A stretch of 64,000 nucleotides of DNA from contig CAVVHE010000005.1 in assembly GCA_963748015.1 (NCBI GenBank), forward strand, positions 639,580-703,579. Reading direction: 5' to 3'. Both the position numbers and the translations under genes were made by a program. The first letter of the stretch is position 1. Each line of letters begins with the position of its first letter. Origin of the DNA: Terriglobia bacterium. Its GTDB lineage: Bacteria; Acidobacteriota; Polarisedimenticolia; Polarisedimenticolales; JAIQFR01. This document shows positions 56,463 to 64,000 of this stretch, in pieces. Below the pieces are notes generated by a model. It did not search any database, was not told where the DNA came from, and saw nothing but the letters and a program-made list of their open reading frames with translations.

Positions 56463-58808
56463 ATGTTGAGCGCGGCTGTCGAGCGGATCCTGTCGGTCGC
56501 GTACCGCGAGGCGGTGGCGCGGCGCCACACGCACCTGACGCTCGAGCACGTGCTGTACGTGCTGACCCTCGACCTCGAGGGGGAGAAGATCCTCGCGGCC
56601 TGCGGCGCCGATCTCAAGGCGCTGCGCATCGCCCTCGAGGACGTCCTGGAGAACAAGGTCGACCGCGCCCCGCGCGGGCGGAGCCGCGAGCCCGAGCAGA
56701 CCCTCGCTTTCCGGCGCGTCCTGCAGACGGCGGTGCTGCACATCCAGAGCGCGGGCCGCGGCGAGGTGCGCGAGGGGGACCTTCTCGCCGCGATCCTGCA
56801 GGAGACGAAGACCGAGGCGGCGCGCCTGCTGGCGCAGCAGGGGATCACCCGCCTCGACATCCTCAACTACATCTCCCACGGGATCGGCAAGACGCCGGCG
56901 CCCCCGCGCGGCGTCGAGGAGGACGAGGGGCCCGCGGCGGCGGGCGAGGGGGAGCAGGGCGCGTCCGCCCCGCGCGACGCGCTGGCGGCCTACGCCACCG
57001 ACCTCACCGCGCGCGCCAGGGAAGGGCTCCTCGACCCGCTCATCGGCCGGAAGGCGGAGCTGCGACGGACCCTCGAGGTCCTCTGCCGGCGGCGCAAGAA
57101 CAATCCCGTCTTCGTGGGCGAGGCCGGCGTCGGCAAGACCGCTCTCGCCGAGGGGCTCGCGCAGCGGCTCGTCGCCGCGGACGGTGCGGTGCCCGAGCCG
57201 CTCCAGGGCGCCGAGATCTTCGCGCTCGACACGGCCGCGCTCCTCGCCGGAACGCGCTACCGGGGCGACTTCGAGGAGCGGCTCAAGGTCGTGCTCGCCG
57301 CCCTCGAGCGCCGGGCGAAGCCGATCCTCTTCATCGACGAGATCCACTCCACCATCGGCGCCGGCGCGACGAGCGGGGGCACGACGGACCTCGCGACCCT
57401 CATGAAGCCCGTGCTCGCCGAGGGGCGCCTGCGCGTCATCGGCTCGAGCACCTTCGAGGACTTCAAGCAGATCGAGAAGGACCGCGCCCTCGCCCGGCGA
57501 TTGCAGAAGATCGTCGTGGACGAGCCGTCGGAGCAGGAGACGGTGAAGATCCTCCACGGGCTGAGGACGCGCTACGAGGAGCACCACAAGGTCCGCTACA
57601 CCGACGCCGCGCTCGAGGCCGCGGCGCGGCTCGCGCGCCGTCACTTGCGCGAGCAGAAGCTCCCCGACGGCGCCATCGACCTCCTGGACGAGGCCGGCGC
57701 CGCCACGCACCTGTCTCTCGGCGACGCCGCGGACGCCCCGGCGGAAGGCGAGCGCAGGACGGTGGACGCTCCGGAAATCGAGAGGGTCGTCGCGCGGATG
57801 GTCCACATCCCGGAGAGCCAAGCGACGGCCTCGGACCGGGATCGCTTGAGGACGCTGGAGGAGTCGCTCTCCCGCGTCGTCTTCGGGCAGGAAGAGCCGG
57901 TCCGCCTCGTGGTCCGCGCCATCAAGCGCTCGCGCGCGGGGCTCGGACAGCCCGACCGGCCGTCCGGCTGCTTCCTCTTCACCGGGCCGACCGGGGTGGG
58001 GAAGACCGAGCTGGCGAAGCAGCTCGCCCTTCACCTCGGAAACGAGTTCCTCCGCTACGACATGAGCGAGTACATGGAGAAGCACGCCGTGGCCCGGCTG
58101 ATCGGCGCGCCCCCCGGGTACGTCGGCTTCGACCAGGGCGGCCTGCTCGTGGATGCGGTGAGGAAGCACCCGTACTGCGTCGTGCTCCTCGACGAGATCG
58201 AGAAGGCGCATCCCGACGTGTTCAACCTCCTGCTGCAGGTCATGGACCACGCGACGCTCACCGACAACACCGGCCGCCAGGCGGACTTCCGCCACGCGAT
58301 CCTGATCATGACGTCGAACGCCGGCTCGCGGGAGATGAGCGAGGCGGCGATCGGGTTCTCGCCGTCGGGCGAGGCCGGGGCGGGGGCGCGGCAGCGCACC
58401 GCGAAGTCGCGGGCCAAGGCGGCGATCGAGAAGCTGTTCGCCCCCGAGTTCCGGAACCGCATCGACGCCATCGTCCCCTTCGGCACGCTGACCCCCGCGG
58501 TCATGGAGTCCATCGTCGAGAAGTTCATCCTGCAGCTCGAGGCGCAGCTCACCGAGCGCCGCGTCGCGTTCGCCCTCGAGCCCGACGCGCGGGCGTGGCT
58601 CGCGGCGAAGGGGTACGACCCCGTTTTCGGCGCGCGCCCACTGGCCCGCGTCATCCAGGCGGAGGTCCGCGACCCGCTCACCGACGAGATCCTCTTCGGC
58701 CGGCTCGAGAAGGGCGGCACGGTCAAGATCCGGCTCGAAGGGGACAGGCTCGCCTTCGAGATCGACCCCGCCCCGGCGCCCGCGGCGCCCGTACCCGTCC
58801 AGGCCTGA
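56463..58808 (+). CDS. clpA: Clp ATPase ClpA
   Basis: [12 protein letters not shown]-domain, [19 protein letters not shown] loop, no middle domain; follows clpS. Confidence 0.95.
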   Translation: MLSAAVERILSVAYREAVARRHTHLTLEHVLYVLTLDLEGEKILAACGADLKALRIALEDVLENKVDRAPRGRSREPEQTLAFRRVLQTAVLHIQSAGRGEVREGDLLAAILQETKTEAARLLAQQGITRLDILNYISHGIGKTPAPPRGVEEDEGPAAAGEGEQGASAPRDALAAYATDLTARAREGLLDPLIGRKAELRRTLEVLCRRRKNNPVFVGEAGVGKTALAEGLAQRLVAADGAVPEPLQGAEIFALDTAALLAGTRYRGDFEERLKVVLAALERRAKPILFIDEIHSTIGAGATSGGTTDLATLMKPVLAEGRLRVIGSSTFEDFKQIEKDRALARRLQKIVVDEPSEQETVKILHGLRTRYEEHHKVRYTDAALEAAARLARRHLREQKLPDGAIDLLDEAGAATHLSLGDAADAPAEGERRTVDAPEIERVVARMVHIPESQATASDRDRLRTLEESLSRVVFGQEEPVRLVVRAIKRSRAGLGQPDRPSGCFLFTGPTGVGKTELAKQLALHLGNEFLRYDMSEYMEKHAVARLIGAPPGYVGFDQGGLLVDAVRKHPYCVVLLDEIEKAHPDVFNLLLQVMDHATLTDNTGRQADFRHAILIMTSNAGSREMSEAAIGFSPSGEAGAGARQRTAKSRAKAAIEKLFAPEFRNRIDAIVPFGTLTPAVMESIVEKFILQLEAQLTERRVAFALEPDARAWLAAKGYDPVFGARPLARVIQAEVRDPLTDEILFGRLEKGGTVKIRLEGDRLAFEIDPAPAPAAPVPVQA

Positions 58809-58830
58809 CCGCGACGAGAGCGGCGCCGGC

Positions 58831-58859
58831 TTGACTCCGCCCCGGCGGAGGGGTAACGT
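58831..58859 (+). promoter_or_regulatory. Sigma70-type promoter of the riboswitch-btuB unit
   Basis: TTGACT, 17 bp, TAACGT. Confidence 0.7.
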
Positions 58860-58880
58860 CCGCGAGTCATCGGCTTGAGT

Positions 58881-59072
58881 CGTCCGGTCGGAGCCGCTCA
58901 TGGTGGTCGGCTCCTAGGGAAGCGGGTGAGATTCCCGCGCGGCCCCCGCCACTGTAACCGGGGACGCTCCGGGCAAGATGCCACTGGATGCGAAGGATCG
59001 GCCTCGGGCCGGTCGCGCGTCTGGGAAGGCGCCCGGGGCGGACGATCCGGAAGCCAGGAGACCTGCCGGACG
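58881..59072 (+). ncRNA. Cobalamin riboswitch
   Basis: AGGGAA..GGTG..ATTCC..GCCCCCGCCACTGTAA..GCCACTG..GGGAAGG..AAGCCAGGAGACCTGCC; closing stem CGTCCGG/CCGGACG; upstream of btuB-pduO. Confidence 0.95.
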
Positions 59073-59175
59073 GGACGCTGACCCGTCGGGGTACGGTGGG
59101 CGATGCGAACCCCCCGTGCATCCGCGCGAGGCCGGAGGCCTCGGCGGGCGGCGTCGAGTCGAACGGGAGGTTCGA

Positions 59176-61004
59176 GTGTCGAAGCCGCGCAGGTGGCTCC
59201 TTCTCACGCTCCTCGTGTTTCTCCCGCCGGCGGCCCTCGCCGCCGACCCGCCCCCCTACTCCGAGAAGGTCGTCGTGACCGCGGCGCTCGCCCCCGAGGA
59301 CGAGACCGAGACCGGCTCCGCGAGCACCGTGATCACGCGCCAGCGCATCGAGGAGACCGGTGCCGTGACCGTCCTCGAGGCGCTTCGACTCGTGCCCGGC
59401 CTCGACGTCGTGCGGGCGGGCTCGGACGGCGCGGTGACTTCGGTGTTCCTGCGCGGCGCGGGCTCCTCGCAGGCTCTCGTGCTCGTGGACGGCGTGCGGG
59501 TCAACTCCCCCTACTTCGCCGGCTACGACTTCTCGTCGCTGAGCACGGCGAACGTCGAGCGGATCGAGGTGGTCCGCGGCCCGTTCTCGTCGCTCTACGG
59601 GTCCGACGCGGTCGGCGGGGCGATCCAGATATTCACCCGCGCGGCGGGCGCGCGACCGGATGTGGGCGGGACGATCCAGGCGGGGGGCGCGAACACGCAA
59701 GGCGGGCGGCTGTTCGCCACGGCGGGGGCCAAGGACGTGGGCGTCGCCGTCTCCGCGGACGGCTTTCGGACCGACGGCGAGCGGGAGAACGCGGCGTGGC
59801 GCTCGAAGAGCGGCTCGATCCGCGTGGACCTCCGCCCTTCGGAGAAGTTCTTCGCTTCGGTCGAGGGCGAGGTGCGCGACGCCGAGGGCGGCATCCCCGG
59901 GCCGGTCGGCGCCGAGACCCCGCGCGCGGCGGGAGGCGCGAGGGAGCAGCGGCTCGCGGCGCCGCTCACCTGGAAACACGCCGACGGCCGCGAGACCTCC
60001 GTGCTCCTCGCGCGAACCCACGCGGTGCCGACCTACAGCAATCCGGACGACCCGTACTTCACCTCCTCGAGCAGCGACGAGACGACGCTCCAGGTGCGCG
60101 CGGCGGAGACCTGGCGGTCGGCGCGCGGGACGCTCGTCGTGGTCGGCTCGTGGGAGAGGTCCGAGGTGTCGTCGGAGACCTCCGGCGCGCCGACGCTCGA
60201 CGGGGAGCAAACCCGTGTGTGGGCGGCGGGCGTCGAGAAATCCCTTCGCTTCGGACGCGGCTGGTCCGCGACCGCGGGGGCGCGCTACGACCGGCACAGC
60301 GCGTTCGGCGGCGAGCTGAGCCCGCGGGCCACGATCTCCCGACTGTCCGCGGATTCGCGCTGGAAGGTCCGCGCGTCGGCCGGCCGCGCGTTTCGCGCGC
60401 CGTCGATCGCGGACCTCTACTACCCGTACTCCGGGAACGAGAGCCTGAGGCCCGAGCTGTCCACCTCGTACGAGGCCGGCGTCGAGCGGTACGTCGGGAC
60501 CGGCGGGGCCGCGCGGAGCTCTCCGCGTTCTGGAGCGATTACCGCGACCTGATCCTCTACGACGTCGCGACCTCCAGGAGCGAGAACGTCGGCCGCGCCC
60601 GCACGCGCGGCGTCGAGGTCGCGGGGCGGCTCCCGGTGACGCGGCGCGTGTCGCTCGACGCCGGCTACACGTATCTTCAGGCCGAGAACCTCTCGACCGG
60701 GCAGGAGCTGCCGCGCCGCCCGCGCCACCGGGCCTTCGTGGCCGCCGTCGCGCGCCCGATGAAGGAGCTGCTCGTCACGACGCGGGCGACCTTCGCGGGC
60801 GACCGCGCCGACTTCGATCCGCTGACCTACCAGACGAGCCGCAGCCCGTCCTACCTCCGCGTGGACCTGTTCGCGCGGGGCGAGCTGGGGCGGTACGCTC
60901 CGTTCGTCCGTCTCGACAACCTGCTCGACCGGCAGTACGAAGAGGTCGACGGCTACCCCGCTCTCGGGCGAAGGGTGGTGGCGGGACTCGACGTCCGGAT
61001 GTGA
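59176..61004 (+). CDS. btuB: BtuB-like TonB-dependent cobalamin receptor (apparent 1-nt deletion near 60505-60508)
   Basis: Signal peptide, TonB box EKVVVTA, LVLVDG, ERIEVVRGP.SSLYGSDA.GG; the C-terminal NLLDRQYE..GY is in another frame. Confidence 0.88.
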
Positions 61005-61018
61005 AGGAAGGGGAAACC

Positions 61019-61582
61019 ATGCCGCGCATCACGAAGATCTACACCCGGGCGGGCGACGGCGGAACGACGCGCCTCGGCAACGGAAAGGAAGTCCCGAAGG
61101 ACTCGCTGCGCGTCGAGACCTACGGCACCGTGGACGAGCTCAACTCGGCACTCGGCGTGGCCCTCGCCGCCGGCCTCGACACCGGCGTCGTGGCCGAGCT
61201 GCGCCGGATCCAGAACGAGCTGTTCCACCTCGGCGCGGAGCTCTCCGTCCCGGACACCGACGGGTCCCGAGCAACCGGCCCCCGGATCGGCGCGCAGCAC
61301 GTCGAGGCCCTCGAGCAGCTCCTGGACACCCTGACCGACGAGCTCGGCCCCCTCGAGAATTTCATCCTGCCCGGCGGCACCCCCGGCGCCGCCCAGCTCC
61401 ACCTCGCGCGCACGGTCTGCCGCCGCGCCGAGCGCCTCCTCGTCGCCCTCTCCCACGAAGAAGCCGTGGACGCCGCGACGATCCGGTACTTGAACCGCCT
61501 CTCGGACGCCCTCTTCGCGCTCGCGCGCGTCGAGAACCGACGCCGCGACCATCCCGAGACGCTCTGGGACAGCAAGGCCTGA
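61019..61582 (+). CDS. pduO: PduO-type cob(I)alamin adenosyltransferase
   Basis: KIYTRAGDGGTT, YGTVDELNS, FILPGG, RTVCRRAER, YLNRLSD. Confidence 0.94.
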   Translation: MPRITKIYTRAGDGGTTRLGNGKEVPKDSLRVETYGTVDELNSALGVALAAGLDTGVVAELRRIQNELFHLGAELSVPDTDGSRATGPRIGAQHVEALEQLLDTLTDELGPLENFILPGGTPGAAQLHLARTVCRRAERLLVALSHEEAVDAATIRYLNRLSDALFALARVENRRRDHPETLWDSKA

Positions 61583-61590
61583 CGGTCCGC

Positions 61591-61670
61591 CGCGGGGTCC
61601 GAGGCCGGAAGCGTCCGCAGACGGCCCTTTTCCGGGCCGGCGAGGAACGCTTCCGGCCTCGGTCCCCGCG
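61591..61670. terminator. Long inverted repeat between convergent genes
   Basis: 24-bp arms 61591-61614 and 61647-61670 with one mismatch, and an inner GGCCC/GGGCC hairpin. Confidence 0.6.
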
Positions 61671-61681
61671 TGCTCGTCTAC

Positions 61682-64000
61682 CTACTGGCAATCCCCGTTG
61701 CCGGGCCTGACCACGAGGGCCTTGCCCGATGACTCGGTACCGTACGAGCTGCTGCCCGTCGAGTCGGTGTACTGCGTCGCGTAGAACCACACGTGACCGG
61801 GGGCGGGGATCGCGGTGTCCTCTTGCCCGATCGTGGTCGTGGCCGTGGTGCGGCTCGCGATGCAGTGCACGATCCCCAGATCGACCTCGGGGCCTTGCAC
61901 CGTGAGGTTCGCGAGATCGCCACGGATCACGTCGTAGTAGAAGGCCCCGTCGACCGCGCCCCAGAGCACGACGGTGCCGTGCGCGCCGTCGAGCTTCAGG
62001 TCGATCGGCTCGATCTTCTTGTCCCCCATGTCGTGCGGGACGTCGACGAGGGCGGATGCGGTCGAGCTGTTGCTCGAGCGGTCCGTGGCCTGGTAGGTGA
62101 GGGTGTACACGCGCCCCGTGCCGCCACCGTCGCGCTCGGAGCGGAGCTGCTACCTGGAAATCCGGGGTGCCGATCGCCGCACCCTGGATGTCGTCGCTGT
62201 CGTTCGGCTCGTTCGACGTCGCCGAGAACAGCGTGACGGCCGGGTTCGGGTCGCAGCTGTCCCTCGCGACGACCGTGGCGTTGATGTTCCACATCGTGTG
62301 GTTCGGCGGCCAGAGGGCGCTCGGGCTGGCCGCGGCGGCGATCGTCGGCGGGATCGTGTCGCGCACGGTCACCAGGGTCTCGCAGCTCGACGGGTTCCCC
62401 GAGCCGTCGGTCGCGGTGAAGGTGACGACGGTGGTTCCGAGCGGGTAGGAGCCGGAGGCGTTGGCGCCGCTGGAGTTGTGGGAGTTGGCGATCGTCACGG
62501 CGCCGCAGACGTCGGACGCCGTGGCGGGCGGCACGCTGACCGTCGACTGCAGGTTGCTCTGGCACTCGATGACGATCGGAGCCGGGCAGGCGATCGAGGG
62601 CGGGGTGGTGTCCCGGACCGTCACCGGCGTCTGGCCGCTCTCAGTGTTCAGCGAGCCGTCGGTCGCAGTCAAGGTGACGGTGGTCGTGCCCAGCGGGTAG
62701 GAGCCGGATGCGTTGGCCCCGCCGCCGTTGAAGGAGTTGGCGATCGTCACGGCGCCGCAGATGTCCGACGCGGAGGCCAGCGGCACGCTGACCGTGGCAT
62801 GCCCGTTGCCATGGCACTCGGCGACGATCGGGGCCGGAACGGAGATCGTGGGCGGCGTGGTGTCCCTCACCGTGACCGATGTGCTAGCCGGGTCGGAGAT
62901 CTCGTAGCCGTCGTGGACGAGGAGCGTGGCCACCGTCGATCCCAGCGGGAACGAGGCGGTCGGCGCCGGACTCGCCGGGTTATCGAAGGTGACGCCGGGC
63001 GCGCTCCACGTGTAGGTCAGCGGCTCGCTGTCCGGGTCGCTCGAGCCGAGGCCGTTCAGCGTCGCGCTCGCGCCGCTGTTCCCGGTGCACTCCAGCTGCA
63101 GGTCGCCGCCCGTCTCCGCGACGGGCTTCCGGTTCACGATCAGCGTGACCGGCACGTCCACCAACGGACGCACGGGATCGTTGCTGGTCAAGTGGATCAT
63201 CGAGCTGTGCGTGCCGTGGGTGAGCTCCGGGCTCGTCGCGTCGAACGAGGCGGTCACCGTCGCGCACGCGCCCGCCGGGATCGTCCCGCCGTTTGGGGCG
63301 ATGCGGACCCACTCCGGAGGCAGCTTGAACTCGATCGCCATGTTCTTGTGGAGGTAGGCGGCGTCGAACACGACGTTGAGGCCGTCGAGCCTCGTCGCGT
63401 TCTGGATTCCGACGGTGGCCGAGTTCAGTGTGCCGACCATCGAGAGGTACTGGAAGACGATCCGACCGTTCGGATAGAGGATCACCTCGAAGTCTAACGT
63501 CGAGTTGAGTACCCACCGTGCCCAGGCCTTGTACTGCAAGATGAACCGGCTGCCGTCGTTGTAGTAGTACGCGCGGCTGTCGGCGCGCCTCACGAGATGG
63601 TCCCAGAACGGCGCGAGCATGTTCTCGGGATACGATGGGCCACCCGTCGGCACCCGAGCGTTATTCCAGGAGTAGTAGTTCTTGATGGTGCTTGTGAAGC
63701 TCAGCCAGCCGTTCGTCGAGACGTTGATCGTGGTGAAGTCGTTCCCGTAGTACTTGAACGTCATCCCGAGCGGGATGCCGGCGGCGAGACTGTCGCCGCC
63801 ATTCGGGAAGCTGATCGCGCTCCCGATATACGTGATGTCGACCCAGTTGAACACCGGGCCGCCCGGCGCGTCCGAGTCCTTCCAGCGATAGCCGAACGCG
63901 TCCGGCCCGCCGGTGCCGAGGATGCCGGATCTCGGATCGGGCTCGCCCTCCGCGAGGTCGAGCGCCGACTGCGGGGTCACGCCCGCGGCCGAAATGAGGT
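61682..64000 (-). CDS. Large extracellular multidomain protein, 5' truncated (NIDO-like, Ig/PKD, HYR-like repeats, LWPPNH domain, C-terminal domain); apparent 1-nt insertion near 62150
   Basis: STNGWLSF..APFWD, SSDPD..LTYTW, DTTPP repeats; the frameshift joins FQV to QLRSERDGGGTGRVYTLTY. Frame is open to the window end. Confidence 0.8.
62371..62874 (-). repeat. Two tandem 252-nt HYR-like domain repeats
   Basis: TVRDTTPP..PAPIV.EC..ASD.CGAVTIANS..GANASGSYPLGTT.VT.TATDGS.N occurs twice at 84-aa spacing. Confidence 0.85.

Overview
High-GC (roughly 70%+ by eye) diderm bacterial chromosome segment. Protein styles (an 'MTLGAGSRLGPYEIV' Ser/Thr kinase, a carboxypeptidase-like-N TonB receptor, FG-GAP/HYR surface proteins) suggest Acidobacteriota, which is inference only. 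In order: ligA with an orphan sensor kinase; a divergent XRE-HTH/TPR regulator plus a secreted partner; a Cys/Met PLP lyase; a dcw cluster (mraZ to ftsZ, no murB/ddl) with a clear sigma70 promoter and MraZ boxes, followed by a REC-GGDEF cyclase; an ABC-F gene whose 5' end is duplicated 10.9 kb away, bracketing a cargo block (kinase-nSTAND-beta-propeller, TonB receptor, lipocalin, caspase/legumain-fold-PDZ-thioredoxin protein); lnt-creatininase; CYTH-murU-amgK; divergent tldD/tldE-like genes; a receiver-TonB fusion; btuFCD-like ABC genes; a 14-repeat FG-GAP protein; aat-clpS-clpA; a cobalamin riboswitch with btuB-pduO; and a partial large surface protein. Best leads: (1) a shared, Cys-terminated C-terminal domain on two unrelated extracellular proteins (candidate sorting signal), (2) the repeat-bounded island, (3) the receiver-TonB fusion, (4) the RRNPP-like HTH-TPR pair. 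At least seven single-base frameshifts, several in essential genes, look like assembly errors and create false fusions in the ORF track.
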